A stretch of 64,000 nucleotides of DNA from Alloascoidea hylecoeti (lineage: Eukaryota), in assembly GCA_001600815.1 (NCBI GenBank), contig BCKZ01000013.1, forward strand, positions 124,001 through 188,000. The letters are read 5' to 3'. The translations under genes and the position numbers were made by a program. The notes beneath the pieces were generated by a model that worked only from the letters and a program-made list of their open reading frames with translations, did not search any database and was not told where the DNA came from. This document shows, one piece after another, positions 38,000-51,650 of the stretch. Every line of letters begins with the position of its first letter. Within the stretch, counting starts at the first letter, position 1.

Positions 38000-40408
38000 T
38001 TATTGATATTTAGTTTCAAGTACCTTGTTAATCTCTTCAACTCTCTGTTTCCATTCATCTACCTTGGATAATTTAGCTTGTAAATCCCTAACCTCATGCG
38101 TAACAGAAGTAAGAGATTGTTGAGTTCCCATTCTTTCAAATGTCCATTCTGTCCTATCTTCTCCAACACCTAAAGTTAATCTAGCATCATGATATTTCAA
38201 TAAATCAGCCCTATGACTTAAACTAATAATAGTAATCCCTTGTTTTTTACAAATATCAAATAAATAACCTTCAATATCTGCACTAACAGCAGAAGTTGAT
38301 TCATCTAATAAAGCAAATTTCGGATTTTTAAATAATAATCTTGCAATTGAAATACGTTGTTTTTCACCACCAGATAAAACATCTTTCCATTCTTTGATTG
38401 TATTTAAACCACCTTCTCTTGCAATTAAATATTCTAATTTAACATTTCTTAAAATTTTAAAAAGATAATGATCATCAATTCCTTTTGATATCATTTCTGC
38501 TTGATTCATTGGATAAATAATTTGATCTCTTAAAGTTCCAATACAAAAATAAACTCTTTGTGGTAAAATCATAATTTCATTATTATCAGGTATTGAAAGT
38601 AAACCTCTATAAACAGGCCATAATTCACCTAAAATTTTTGTAATTGATGATTTTCCAACTCCATTTGAACCTGTTATAAGTAAATGTTCACCTGGTTTAA
38701 TAGTTAATGTTAAGTTATCAATAAGTAAATGACCTGATTTATTTCCACCTTTTGGAATAACAATTGGAACATGTTCAAATCTTATACCATTGAATTGTCT
38801 TTGGATTGTCCCATGAATATCATTTAAACTATATGGTTCAATTCTTTCTTCTGGTCTTAATAATGTTTTGTATGATTTTGAATGAACTTGATGAAGTGTG
38901 GAAATCAAAGTGAAAACTCTAGAAGTATAACCTGCCAATTCCCCCAAGTCTTTAATAGCATACATCATACGACTTCCAGCATCGGCCAATGAAAGCATAA
39001 GTCGTTTATTTGTAATGAATTGCCTCATTCGACCTCTCACTTCTTTGGAAACATTTTTAGTTGCAGATGATGCCTTTTTAGGAGATTCAGATGATAAAGA
39101 TTCTATTGGTTTTCTTTTAACTTCAACCAAACTATCATGACCACCAAGAATAGGTAAAAATATTGGAATTGAAGAAAAAGCATAACCTAAAGCAGACCAA
39201 AAATATTTTACTGTAATATCTTCAATCATATTATAACTAAATCTTAATTCAGATACTTTATTTTTATGAATCATTAATTTTTTAAAAGATTGTTCTATTG
39301 ATGATCTTTCTAAATTAGTACCATCATAAAATGCAATTTCTTCAGAATTTGTAATTAATCTTGTATGAGAATAACGATAATCTCCTTCAAGTTTCGCACC
39401 TTCAGCTGCTAATTTTCCAAATTGTGGTGCACAATTTTTTAATAATGTTGCAGAGGCAAAATAATTTCCAAATATTCCAATAACTGCTAAAGGACCTAAA
39501 TTTTGTTTTAATTGATATGTAAAAAGTAATAAATCAACAAATGGTTTACCTAAACTTGAATATAATGAAGCAGCTGATGTACAAAATTTTTCAACATCTG
39601 ATGTAATATATTGATCAATATTACTTATTGATTCATCAATATTTGAAACATGATAATAAGAAAGTTTTGAATCAAGATATAAATCATGAATATACCTTGT
39701 TAAATGAGTTCTAAATTCTATACCAATTTTTCTTTGTAAATATTTTATAGCAGCATTTGTATAAGAAGCAGGAAATGCCAATAAAAACCATAAAACTATT
39801 CCTTTTATGAAAGATTTACCTTTAACTGATATTAAATCACGGACAATTCTTCCGTCTAATCTAGCAACCAAAACAGATAGATATGTTCTAAAAAACAAAA
39901 ATATTGCATGCAAAAGTAATAAAGCCGTACTCTTACAAAACAATCTGGGTGCAACAATTGACCAAATAGCATTGAATTGTCTTATAAATCTCATATTTAC
40001 ACCTGTTTTAGTATCGGATCTTACAGTAGCTCTTCTACTCAAAAATAATCTTCTATCAGCTTCGAATTGAGATTGTTTAACAGGTTTAATCCGAACTCTT
40101 GTTTTTTTACCATTATAAGGAATAAAAATCTCTTTATTACCATCTTGAAGTGTAACAGAAGAATTTTGTCGATGTAACAAATAAGGTCTTGAATCATTTT
40201 GTTCGCGTCTCTCTTTAATATATTGAGCAATGAAAACGAAAGTACTAACACCGGTTGTTCCAATAGCCGTGGCAAGGAACATAAAAAGTGCGGGGGAAGA
40301 TTTCAAGAGATGATATTGGGCCTTCAATCCACCAGTGCTGTTCAACACCTGGAGTAATAGGATTAAATTATCCTTCAGATCCCTTTTCAGAGTTGAAACC
40401 ACTGCCAT
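38000..40408 (-). CDS. PXA1: Peroxisomal ABCD half-transporter for fatty acyl-CoA import
   Basis: RTYLSVLVARLDG, NSEEIAFY, FITNKRLMLSLADAG, Walker A GSNGVGKS, LSGGEKQR, LLDESTSAVS. Confidence 0.9.
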   Translation of the reverse strand: MAVVSTLKRDLKDNLILLLQVLNSTGGLKAQYHLLKSSPALFMFLATAIGTTGVSTFVFIAQYIKERREQNDSRPYLLHRQNSSVTLQDGNKEIFIPYNGKKTRVRIKPVKQSQFEADRRLFLSRRATVRSDTKTGVNMRFIRQFNAIWSIVAPRLFCKSTALLLLHAIFLFFRTYLSVLVARLDGRIVRDLISVKGKSFIKGIVLWFLLAFPASYTNAAIKYLQRKIGIEFRTHLTRYIHDLYLDSKLSYYHVSNIDESISNIDQYITSDVEKFCTSAASLYSSLGKPFVDLLLFTYQLKQNLGPLAVIGIFGNYFASATLLKNCAPQFGKLAAEGAKLEGDYRYSHTRLITNSEEIAFYDGTNLERSSIEQSFKKLMIHKNKVSELRFSYNMIEDITVKYFWSALGYAFSSIPIFLPILGGHDSLVEVKRKPIESLSSESPKKASSATKNVSKEVRGRMRQFITNKRLMLSLADAGSRMMYAIKDLGELAGYTSRVFTLISTLHQVHSKSYKTLLRPEERIEPYSLNDIHGTIQRQFNGIRFEHVPIVIPKGGNKSGHLLIDNLTLTIKPGEHLLITGSNGVGKSSITKILGELWPVYRGLLSIPDNNEIMILPQRVYFCIGTLRDQIIYPMNQAEMISKGIDDHYLFKILRNVKLEYLIAREGGLNTIKEWKDVLSGGEKQRISIARLLFKNPKFALLDESTSAVSADIEGYLFDICKKQGITIISLSHRADLLKYHDARLTLGVGEDRTEWTFERMGTQQSLTSVTHEVRDLQAKLSKVDEWKQRVEEINKVLETKYQ

Positions 40409-41268
40409 AATTGTTCAAAGTTTTGCAAAGAGATTTTTGAGTTTTGAACTAGAGAAGGAAGATAATTTCACTGACAATAATAAGATAACCAGCATGTGGA
40501 TGACAAATGATTATGTAATGTGGAGTGGGATCAATCACCTGCCAACACCCTAAATATTTTTGAATAAAATAAACCGTGGCTCAATTGCATTTGAACTATA
40601 ATATAATATTGTTTGGTGTAAAATTAATCTCGTAGCCACCGATAAATATACCCTTACCAAATAGTTAAAGGTACCGTAAATACGCGTATATTTGTATGCA
40701 AATTAGTTTTAGAATAACAATATTACTTTAATAATGCTGCTCTATGATTACAATATAAGAAAAAGTAATAATTGAAAATGCCTTTCAAATTTTCAATTTT
40801 CTTTTTCAAATGAAAATCTGTAATTTCAACGCCTTCTTAAACTTTCTACACTACTCGGGTTGGAAATTCGAAATGGCATTGTTATATATAAATTATGTTT
40901 CGTAGATCAGGCATTTGTGTTTCATCATTTATTGAAGAAATCTTATAATAACCTTCGATTGAATTGATAATTTATTCTAGAGGACTTCTAGATAATCAAA
41001 AAGAAAGTTACCAGATTTACTTAAAACAAGTATGGCTTCTGTTGCATTAATAATATTGAAGTTATAACAACAATGCATATTAAATGCAAGAGGAATAACG
41101 TGTTGAATTCAATATTGTTAAGGATAACAATTGAGAATATATGTTAAGGAATCTATAAATTCATGGGTCTCAATTGTAGAAATAACAATAATAGTATATA
41201 TAAGACAGGAAAATCCCCCTCCAGAATTCTTATAAAAATATACAAAACTTTATTATTAAAAAAAGATA

Positions 41269-42444
41269 ATGTCGAGTAAATCAATTCTTCTAGGGGCCTT
41301 GATTATGGCTTCTGCCACTATTGCTAGTGACTGTGCTTCTTTATATGGTCAATGTGGTGGTTCGAATTGGAGTGGTGCTACTTGTTGTTCTACAGGTACC
41401 TGTGTATCACAAAACGATTACTATTACCAGTGTGTAGCAACTGCTGATTCTGGTGAAGCTCAAGCATATTCTTCGGAAGATTCTGGTTATACATATACAA
41501 CTGCAACTTCTGGTGGAGCTGTTCAAGCGAGCACAGCTGCCGCTGTCCAAGCCAGTACTGAAGCAGCTGAAATAGATGCGGCCGCTTCGTCATCTACTGC
41601 CGCTGAGGTAGTTCAAGCCAGCACTACAGCTGAAGTAGATGTGGCTGCTTCATCTTCGGCTTCTGCTGAAGTTGTTCAAGCCAACACTGATGCAGCTGCC
41701 AAAGATGTGTCTACTTCGTCTTCAGTTGCTTCAGCTGCTTCCTCATCATCATCTTCTTCTTCTTCATCGTCATCTGGCACTGTTTATAACTTTGAGGAAG
41801 TTTCTAATGGGTTTAGTGGTACAGTAGAAGAGACAACAAGATACTGGGATTGTTGTAAGCCAACTTGTGCATGGAGTGGTTACGCCAATGTTACTGAACC
41901 AGTTCGATCATGTGAAGCTGATGGTGTTACAACCATTGATGATAATACACAAAGTGGTTGTGTTGATGGCTCAGCTTATGTTTGTAATGATAATCAACCA
42001 TGGGCATATAACAGTTCTCTTGCTTTTGGTACTATTGCAGCTAGTATTGAAGGTTATGGTCCATCTGATACATGTTGTTCATGTTTATTACTTACATTCC
42101 AATCTGGAACCATTGCTGGTAAACAATTTGCAGTTCAAATCACTAATACAGGTAGTGATGCCAGAGAAACATATACTGCTTTTGATTTATTAATTCCAGC
42201 AAGTGGTGTTGGTTATTATACAGAAGGTTGTACAGGACAATGGAATGATGCTAGTTCTGTTTGGGGTGAACAATATGGTGGTGTTGATGAAGCATCAGAT
42301 TGTGATGCTATTCCTTCTAGTTTGCAATCCGGCTGTGATTGGAGATTTGATTGGATGGAAGGTGTCAGTAATCCAACAGTTACTTATAAACAAATAGAAT
42401 GTCCTTCGGTTCTTACTGATATAACTAAATGTATTAGAGACTAA
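41269..42444 (+). CDS. Secreted GH45 endoglucanase with N-terminal CBM1 and Ser/Ala/Thr linker
   Basis: Signal peptide; CBM1 [25 protein letters not shown]45 [28 protein letters not shown]. Confidence 0.95.
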   Translation: MSSKSILLGALIMASATIASDCASLYGQCGGSNWSGATCCSTGTCVSQNDYYYQCVATADSGEAQAYSSEDSGYTYTTATSGGAVQASTAAAVQASTEAAEIDAAASSSTAAEVVQASTTAEVDVAASSSASAEVVQANTDAAAKDVSTSSSVASAASSSSSSSSSSSSGTVYNFEEVSNGFSGTVEETTRYWDCCKPTCAWSGYANVTEPVRSCEADGVTTIDDNTQSGCVDGSAYVCNDNQPWAYNSSLAFGTIAASIEGYGPSDTCCSCLLLTFQSGTIAGKQFAVQITNTGSDARETYTAFDLLIPASGVGYYTEGCTGQWNDASSVWGEQYGGVDEASDCDAIPSSLQSGCDWRFDWMEGVSNPTVTYKQIECPSVLTDITKCIRD

Positions 42445-42582
42445 TCATAAGAACTTTTTTTAAAAAATTAAATCATTATACCCTTATTTAATTAACATGA
42501 TACTTTTTTTCCTTTTTACCCCTCTTGGTTATATATATCTTGTAATAATTCAAGTTGAATTTATAGATATATTGTTAATATA

Positions 42583-43487
42583 TCATTTAGTACCACTTTG
42601 AAATAAAAAGGTTTTTAAATCAGTCCAATGTTCTGAATGTTCATAAATAAAATCCATACTATGACCTAAACTTCTTTGTAATATATGAGGATGTTTTCTA
42701 TAATAATACATTACAATCCCCCAACATAAACTTGCAAAAACAGTATTTGAATTTTCACCAATCTTTTGAACAACTTGTCTTCTTGTTGATTTTATATTTA
42801 TAAAATCTTTATAAATTTTTGATAATTTAATTGCTAATATTTTACCAGTTGCTATTGTTATTCTTGAAAAAATATATAAAACAATTTGATCAGTTAATGC
42901 AGATTTAAATGAACCATTTGTTTTACCAAATATAAAATATCCTCCAATTGTTCCAGCAATTAAAGCTTCAAAACCATTTTTTTTATTTTGAATATCTGAT
43001 AAAAATCTTGGTTGATTTAATTTTTTAGTATTTAACCATATTTCATTTGTTGAAAGATTAAATTCAAAACATCTTAATATTTTAAAAATATATAAAATAG
43101 ATTTATAAACTATTGCAAACATTCCTAGGGCTTCACCGTGTTGTTTTGTAGCTTTCAAAATATGTTTTAATCTTGGAAGTAGTCTATAATTATGAAATGT
43201 CAATTAGATGATTGAGTTGCTATCAAACTACCAATTTCAAAAATACTCACGGACCAGATTTGAACAACAGTGATAATACCAAAGCATGACTAAATCTGAT
43301 TCTTGCTCCGTACACGAATCCTGTAATTGTCAAAGCATGTGAAGGTTAGTTTCCTAATCACCATAAAGGATTTAAATAAACTTCGATATGAATCACTATC
43401 CAACTTACCATTTCTCCCACTTTTTAAAATAGATAGAAGATCATGAAGTGCTGGATTGTCAAGTGCCTTTTGAATTAGATCAGTCAT
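42583..43487 (-). CDS. Peroxisomal membrane protein PXMP4/PMP24; exons 43487-43409, 43320-43251, 43183-42583
   Basis: GTAAGT and GTGAGT introns splice in frame to RNGFVYGARIRFSHALV..KSGP-LLPRLKHILKATKQH; QIVLYIFSR, FASLCWG. Confidence 0.85.
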
Positions 43488-43599
43488 GATTTTAATTATA
43501 TCGAATAATAATAATATCTAGAATATGTATTAAACCAGGGTAACTAAAACTGGTACCGATACCGATAGTGTCTTATTAAGTTGCGCTACTACAGGCACC

Positions 43600-45800
43600 A
43601 CAAGAAACACTAAAACATTTTTCAAAATTTAATAAGTTTATTGATTTCTATATAAAGGCACTCCTCTTATGTGAAACACAGGAGAATCTGGTAATTTTTG
43701 TTAAATGTAGAATTATTTTGGTGTCATTCAATAGTTGTCGTAAAAAATGGAGAAAAGTAACTCCGCATCATTCACTATTTCCAGGGTTGATTATGTTAAG
43801 AACATAGACACAATCTCGGCAAGCCCCTCACATGTGAATTAGCTCTAAAAGTCGAAGATGACTTAGATGACCCAATTAAATTTTCAAGCAATGCGAATGG
43901 CAGTGAGTGCTTTGTGTGGCTCTAGCACGGGGTATGAAGTTCTGAACTATGTATGTATAGGACTCAAACAGATGAGCAGCCTTCTCATCAGAATTCAAAT
44001 ATTCTTCCACAAAATCCCTAATCAGTTTATATTTTGTACATCAATTTCTTTAGGAGTTCCTCCGTATGCAATAGAGGTATTTTAAATCGGTTTGGTTGTG
44101 CTTTTTCACTGGACTTCTTCAAGACTTCTACGAGATTGAATGAAGGTAATACCTGTTTCTTCAAAGCCAGCAAGCATGTTATTGAAGGTCAATTTCTAGC
44201 TTTGACGCTTATCGTGTATTTCCAAGAAGCTTTTATAAGTGCAGAATTTCTGGCCGAAGTTAATTTTCCCCATGATACTCCTTGTGTAGCTTGAATGCCT
44301 CTTTCAGCTGAATAAAATGGAGAGAGTGTTTTTTTACCATAGCCTTTAGTGTATTTACCTCCCATTCATACTTTTTGGCGTTCTACATGTAAAAAGAAAT
44401 GATTCCAATGATCTCGTCGACTTCTTTGTCAATACAGTCAGTAGTCGCAGGAGGGGCAGCATATTAAATTTAATCTAATGTAATTATACTATGTAGTTTA
44501 TTTTCCGCCCGCAAAGCCATCTTCTTGTCACTTGAGAATTGTAAAACGTTGTGGTGATAATTGAAGTCTCCTGTTATAATGACTATATTATACTGTAAGA
44601 GACTCTTGTTCATCAGTCCGTGAAGTGTGAACTGGTGTATTATCCGTGTGTTGTTGCGACTTGCTGTTTTATTAATTTGTAGATGTGGATTATCAGTAAC
44701 CGGGTTTCAATGGAAAGGGATATGGAGTCATTATCGCTGTGATTCATTGGTTTCTATCTCCATAGTATCCATACTGCAATTGTGTTTCTGAAGAAGTAAA
44801 TTAGATGTTGTTTCGCTAGATGGACTTGAATCTTGTTTAGCTACATATTAACGAAAGATGGTCTCTGAAAAGTATAAACCAATAGAGAAAAAAAATTTTA
44901 AAGTTGGAATGGGTTTCCCGTGGTCTTGTGATATCGGTATAACTATATATCGCTAATTCTCTTGCATTCGATTTGACTCATTCTGATTGAATTGGTACCT
45001 ATTACCTATGCCATGACAGATGTTATGGCTCGCGCTAGTTATATTTTTAAATTTAGGAACAAGAACGGTGAATCCCTACTGGTTGATTGTGTACCTTGAT
45101 GGTTCCTGAACTTCCACTATATATAATCCCTCTTTTGATGCTCCATCGAGTAGATAATAAAGAACGTTTGGTGAGCGATGGTTGTTCTGAACGACCTTAA
45201 TAGGTTTCATCAGTCATTTCCTTATCTGTCGATGGTTTTGGCGTAGCTGTAATATACGGCTGAGACTGCTGATGGGCTGCTGCAGGTGTTGGGTGTTACT
45301 CAGAGACTTTGCTTCCGGCGCGGCTCGCGGTCCGAGTTTTCCTTCCTTTAGGAGTCTAATGTATGTATACTTGTAATCAGACTTGCGGGCCTTCTTGATG
45401 TTCGAAGAAGGTTTAGCTGCCTCTATCCATATCAGCCTTGGTTCCGAGGAGGGCTCGGCATACTAACGCTTCTAGAGTCTGCTGTGGTCTTCTGCAATGA
45501 GCATCGCGTCACTTCTGTCCAGTGTCATGTTTAGACCCATCATCTCAGTAGTAAAGGGTACCATGCGACTGCCGCAACTTCCTCTTATGTTCTTATATCG
45601 TCAGAGGGTTGCAGTATAAATCCCTCAGGGTGCTCCTAGAACAATTGCACCACACTCAATCATACCATTACTACGGGCGCGACGCCCTCTCTTCTGCCAT
45701 CTGTCGCAATAGTGGCATATTATAATTTTCCAAGTTTCCAATTCTCCTGAGGCTACTCTTAAGCTTCTCGCCATTGATATCGATAACGGTCGCAAGTTTT
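43600..45800 (-). mobile_element. Highly decayed LINE (ORF1 knuckles plus APE endonuclease remnants)
   Basis: Minus strand near 44560-44590 reads NIVIITGDFNYHH (APE GDFN motif); CHYC and CNCS..EHP remnants near 45620-45720; boundaries approximate. Confidence 0.55.
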
Positions 45801-46667
45801 TAAGCCTTGGGTAGATATAGCCCTTCCTGATGAAATAATGATAATTATTATTAAACGTGGGTAACTAAACGGTGCATCTATATGTGAACTATATAAACAC
45901 AAATCCAAAAACATTTGTTTTTTAGCTGACGGTTAATCTCAGCTGTATATATATTTAAAGTAATCTATAGCATTATCGTACTTTTTCCCATTAATTGAGC
46001 ACCTCCGTACTCAACAAGAATTGATATTTCTTTTTGTGACATTATGGATATCACCAATTATTTACTGCACGAAAGATGGTCGTTCAACATTTGCACAACA
46101 AAACATAGCTATAATTGGAATTTTAATGAGACTATCAAAGATATGGAGAAATTATGATTATAGATATAGTTGATTATTTTTATTACTATCTGGGCCTTTA
46201 ACATAAACCGAAGATTGACCAGGTCATGACAAAAGTTCCGTACGGAAGAACCGAGGTGTGGGACCCGAAGGTGGAAAAGTCGACTGAAGCAATGTCCTGA
46301 TGGATCCAAAAGACCAAAAACCAAAACAAAACATAAAAGATATGATTTTAATTCAGTAGAGAATAAATCCTGTAGATTAGATTTTGTTCTCCTTTTATTT
46401 TGTTTCTTAACTAGCTAATTAATTATATAACTATTTAATGCTTAGTAAGTTCTAGTGATCTCCAACTATGATTCATATTTAAAGATATAGAATAGTGAAA
46501 ACAGAAGTATAATATAGGCCCTTAATGGCCACTTGAAAGAAATAAAAAAGTAGAAAAAGGAGAAGTATATAATCTGTGGGAACAGAAACTAATCTATCTG
46601 AGAACTTGCGTAGATTATACCACACATCTCACTCTGACAAAAATCTTGTCACTCTTTTCTTTTGCCA

Positions 46668-47513
46668 ATGTCTGATTTAATAACAGATAAATTAAATAAC
46701 TATAAGAAAGTTGTTTTGGAACATCGTTCTAATAGTCAAGACTTGCTCTTTGAGAGTGACGATCTTCTAGCTGGTTTTGGAGATTTTAATGATCCAGAAT
46801 TTTTAGACGTCCTATATGAACAGAAAACTACCATTGTTCATTTGTTTGAAAACGAAGGTGATCCTGAACTGTCGGCTTTATTTTTGCTGAATATCCCCAC
46901 TACCGGACTTTTTGTTGCCCAAGGCCCAAGCACAACCACAGGCACAGGCACAGGTATACATTCAAAAAAGAGTAGAAGGCCAACAGCGACGAACAATACG
47001 GCATCCTCTAATACATGCTATCAAAATTAATCAAAATTTGAACAACTGTGATCTTAATTTTAAAGAAGAGTTAGAATGGTTACAAAACCAGTGTTCTAAA
47101 GCAAATACGGATGATTCAACTTCTGATATTGGTACAATCTTAAAGACACTAATAAGGCACGTTAGTCACATCATCGAAGCTAATGTTAAAGACCTCCTGG
47201 CCTTCAAAATATTTGCTCCAGGCGAAGATATAATTAGGTTGCTATATGAAGGAAAGTTAAGGTTACAAATTTTACCCGAACAGAATCTAAAGAAATTGGT
47301 ATTTCAAATATGAATCTAGTTCCAGATTATATCGTGCAAACCGATTCCAATATCCTTATAACTATAGAACTAAAAATACCAAATATTATCGTGGACATAG
47401 AAAATCCCTTTGATGACAATTTCAACAATATTTTAACTCAATCTGTTCACCAGTGTCTTCTTTTTAAAAATTCTTTTGGATGCAATTCTGATGTTAATCA
47501 CACCATTTTATAT
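46668..47513 (+). pseudogene. Nuclease-kinase family copy retaining PD..ExK but frameshifted and lacking the kinase
   Basis: ORFs 46662..47030, 46912..47313, 47310..47726: VPDYIVQTDSNILITIELKIP..ILTQSVHQCL..FGCNSD.NHTILY. Confidence 0.8.
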
Positions 47514-48551
47514 CTGTTTATACAACTTATTAGCTACAGCTCTAAGCCTGGGGATGATTGCGGGGTTCTTACTTGCCTCCAACATTTCATTATGTACAGC
47601 TGTGTCAATAATCTAAGGTATAATGTATGCAATAAATATTTATATGTTAAAATTTCATATCACGATATCACAATATTTGAAATTTATATGATAAAATTGA
47701 AATTGCAATCGATGTTTTGTATGTAATACTGTCTCATTATCTTTGGTTTTAATTATGTAATTATTACTATAATAAGATCTAGATGCATATGCATATATAT
47801 GTTCAACAGTTTTAGCTAATTGAATTAAAATACATAAAATATCTTGATGCTATAGTGATTCTATAAATAACCGTTTTAAATATTATCATTGTTTTAATTT
47901 GAGCTTTATTTTACTAAGTTTTACTTATAGATTAAACTATTATCATTAACGATTGATTGAGAGAGTGCCATTGTAGCTCACGGAATTAGTGGTGATGCGC
48001 AATAAATTTGACTCAAATTCTATTCTAAACAGACAGACAGGAAAAAATAGGTACAAATTTAAATATTGCGATGGCTTAGCTATTTCAATACTATATAAAG
48101 AAATTATAGATGCATTTAATAGATCAATTTTAGATATAATTATAATTAAAATGCAGAAAGTCGCTATATGTTTAGCTTTGTAGGCGTATTTCCAATAAAT
48201 GTTTATATGCATCTAAAGCTTAATTGGCTTGGTGGGATATCTTCTCATCATGAAACGTTAAAATCTCAAACCTTTCAAACCAATTATGGAAGTAATTATA
48301 TCGAACTATTGTTATACTCATGCCTAAGACATGATTAATATAATAGATCTAGATCAATATTTAAAGATGAATAGTTAAAAATCAACAATTGAGAAAACTA
48401 TTTAAACAGTTTGAAATTCCTCTTAATATGATTTTTCTTTTCTTCAATCACTGGTTGATTAAACAATAAGAGCAAATAAATTTTACTTTTATTACTTTAC
48501 AAACTAACTCCTTTTTTTCACTCTCAATTTCAATTCAATTTAAAAACAAAA

Positions 48552-49210
48552 ATGCTTTTTAACAAAGTTGCTGGTACATCTTTGATCTTTGCATCTGCTG
48601 TTTTTGGAGCAGCTGTTTNNNNNNNNNNNNNNNNNNNNNNNNNNNNNNNNNNNNNNNNNNNNNNNNNNNNNNNNNNNNNNNNNNNNNNNNNNNNNNNNNN
48701 NNNNNNNNNNNNNNNNNNNNNNNNNNNNNNNNNNNNNNNNNNNNNNNNNNNNNNNNNNNNNNNNNNNNNNNNNNNNNNNNNNNNNNNNNNNNNNNNNNNN
48801 NNNNNNNNNNNNNNNNNNNNNNNNNNNNNNNNNNNNNNNNNNNNNNNNTTGGTGGTTTTGGTCAAGGTTCTCAATCTGGCTCATACGGTGGTTCAGCACC
48901 AACTGGATCAGCAGGTGCCGGTGGTTTTGGTGGGTTTGGTGGTAATGGTAATGATAGTCAATCAGGAAGCTTCTCAGCTGCCGATTTTACTGGTTCCGCT
49001 GGTGACTTCGGAGGATTTGGTGGATTTTCACAACAAATATCAGGTACATTTGCTACAATTGGTACCTACGGTGCTGGATCTGGCTCTAATGCTTATGGAA
49101 CAGAAGCTGTGGAGTCTGATTATGCTGGAGCTTATGGAACAGAAGCCGTAGAATCTGACTATGAAACTGCTGCTGCTGTTGTTACTGCCGCCGCCACTGT
49201 CAGCGCTTAA
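48552..49210 (+). CDS. Secreted Gly/Ser/Phe-rich repeat protein, paralogue 1 (interrupted by assembly gap 48619-48848)
   Basis: Same signal peptide and similar C-terminus as 50805..51650; stop at 49210; frame offset attributed to the estimated gap length. Confidence 0.75.
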
Positions 49211-49819
49211 GTGAATTATATTTTATGTTTTACTTGAATGTAAAATGTGCTCAAGTATTTGATAATTATAAAAATATGTGAATACTAAATTTTACTTTTA
49301 TTTCTTCTTTTTTACAATTTTTTTATAAATATCCGTAACGGATGTAATCTATCCAAATTCAAATATAAGGCCAATCAATTGAATATTAAGTTTACACTTT
49401 TTTTAGACACTTCTCTAAAAAGAAATGGCGATATTATAAAGTTACTGATCAGTAAATACTCTATGGGATTTATTAAAATAGTGCATAATGTATTGTAAAT
49501 ATCGGTGATTAGATTAGTATATAAAATGAAAAATTAAATATAGCTAATGTTGGCAGCCTTAACGCTATAATATCACTCTACGATGCATGTAGTCACTCAA
49601 ATCAAGAATGATATTTTGATCGATTAGATACCAATATTCTGGAAGAAATGGATCTTTCTTTGTTTCTAAACAGTATGAAAGACTCATGATTGCAATTCCT
49701 GTTTTGTGATGCACTTTTTGGGGAGATACCAAATGTGCTCATATAGATTTAGATTCAGATCCTTGTTACAAAATCTAAACCAATTCGTTATTCCAGCTTT
49801 ATGAATAAGTTTATCCTGC

Positions 49820-50260
49820 ATTAATATGAGAACCTCCTTTCTAAATTCCGACCTATATCATAAAACTGACAAACCCAGACTTCCTTAAATAAGTTATAGG
49901 CTATCTTTGACATTCTAACGTTGAGCTTGGAAACCAGCTCTTCAAACGTATTCAAAGGAGAAGCTTTATCATCAGGATTTGATTTACCGTCCTATAATTA
50001 ATTTCTACGGGATTTTTGCTTCAGGAGCATCGGGGGTGTTACACTGGAAGAATTGCTAGAGTATTTCTTAAAGTGAACCGCGGATGAGGAGCTCATATTC
50101 TGTCTATTTTGGTGAATTAGAAGCTATGTCTACCTATACTTACATGTATTATATGTTCCAATCTGCAGCTTAGTTGGTTGTAAGTTCTTTTTATAATTAC
50201 AATTACCTGGAATTTCGCTTAACCGAATTCTAGAGGTGATTATATGGTATATTTAAACAG
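49820..50260 (-). mobile_element. Tc1 transposase remnant within the tandem unit
   Basis: Homologous to 58190-58950 with internal deletions. Confidence 0.55.
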
Positions 50261-50804
50261 GTGTGGAGTGTCTAGTAAAAAAGGATAGGCTCAATCTTTG
50301 ATCAGGTAAAGAGGCATCCGAATACTCGAATGTTCTTCAACTTCATTTTCATATAACGGATTAATATGAATATGCATAGTAAAACCCTGCATAATGCAAT
50401 ATGTACATGTACACACACAGATCAATTTTTATTTAATTATAATTAATATGCAGAAAGTTAAATTTATACAATATTTGTGATAGGCGTATTAAATTTGCAA
50501 TAAAGGACCCTCGTTATATGAAACGTTTAAAGCTCAAACCTTTCAAACTCTTCAAACTAATGATGAAATTTAATTTCGATTCACTTACCAAGCCTGAGAC
50601 ATGATATATAATATATCTGAATTAATGGTTATTTAAAAAATTCAAGAAAACTATTTAAACAATTCGAAATTCCTCTTAATATGATTTTTCTTTTCTTCAA
50701 TCACTGGTTGATTAAACAATAAGAGCAAATAAATTTTACTTTTATTACTTTACAAATTAACTCCTTTTTTTCACTTTCAATTTCAATTCAATTTAAAAAC
50801 AAAA

Positions 50805-51650
50805 ATGCTTTTTAACAAAGTTGCTGGTACATCTTTGATCTTTGCATCTGCTGTTTTTGGAGCAGCTGTTTCTGTTTCTGGTGATGCAACAGCAGTAGCT
50901 ACTGCTGATAGCGTCCAATCTGGAGCAGCAGCCTCTGGATCTTATGGTAATGACGATTCTCAACAATCTGGCTCATATGGTGGTTCAGTAGCAACTGGAT
51001 CAGCAGGTGCCGGTGGTTTTGGTGGTTTTGGTGGTTTTGGTCAAGGTTCTCAATCTGGCTCATACGGTGGTTCAGCACCAACTGGATCAGCAGGTGCCGG
51101 TGGTTTTGGTGGTTTTGGTGGTTTTGGTCAAGGTTCTCAATCTGGCTCATACGGTGGTTCAGCACCAACTGGATCAGCAGGTGCCGGTGGTTTTGGTGGT
51201 TTTGGTGGTTTTGGTCAAGGTTCTCAATCTGGCTCATACGGTGGTTCAGTAGCAACTGGATCAGCAGGTGCCGGTGGGTTTGGTGGGTTTGGTGGTTTTG
51301 GTCAAGGTTCTCAATCTGGCTCATATGGTGGTGCAGTAGCAACTGGATCTGCTGGAGGTTTTGGCAGTTTTGGTGGAAATTCCGGTGTCGGTGGTTTTGG
51401 TAGTCAATCAGGAAGCTTTTCAGTCGCAGATTTTACTGGTTCTGTTGGCAACTTTGGAGGATTTGGCTCATTTGATGGTGCTTCAGAAACAGGTTTTGGT
51501 GGATTTTCACAACAAATATCAGGTACATTTGCTACAATTGGTACCTACGGTGCTGGATCTGGCTCTAATGCTTATGGAACAGAAGCCGTAGAATCTGACT
51601 ATGAAACTGCTGCTGCAGCAGTTACTGTTGCTGCCACTGTCAGCGCTTAA
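50805..51650 (+). CDS. Secreted Gly/Ser/Phe-rich repeat protein, paralogue 2
   Basis: 281 aa; signal peptide; 87-nt (29-aa) units starting at 50964, 51051, 51138, 51225, 51312; aaaaATG start context. Confidence 0.85.
   Translation: MLFNKVAGTSLIFASAVFGAAVSVSGDATAVATADSVQSGAAASGSYGNDDSQQSGSYGGSVATGSAGAGGFGGFGGFGQGSQSGSYGGSAPTGSAGAGGFGGFGGFGQGSQSGSYGGSAPTGSAGAGGFGGFGGFGQGSQSGSYGGSVATGSAGAGGFGGFGGFGQGSQSGSYGGAVATGSAGGFGSFGGNSGVGGFGSQSGSFSVADFTGSVGNFGGFGSFDGASETGFGGFSQQISGTFATIGTYGAGSGSNAYGTEAVESDYETAAAAVTVAATVSA

Noticed and set aside
50899..51591. His/Gln-rich antisense and Val/Leu-rich alternate-frame ORFs
   Set aside because: By-products of the 87-nt repeat; only the Gly-rich frame has a signal peptide and is kept in all three paralogues
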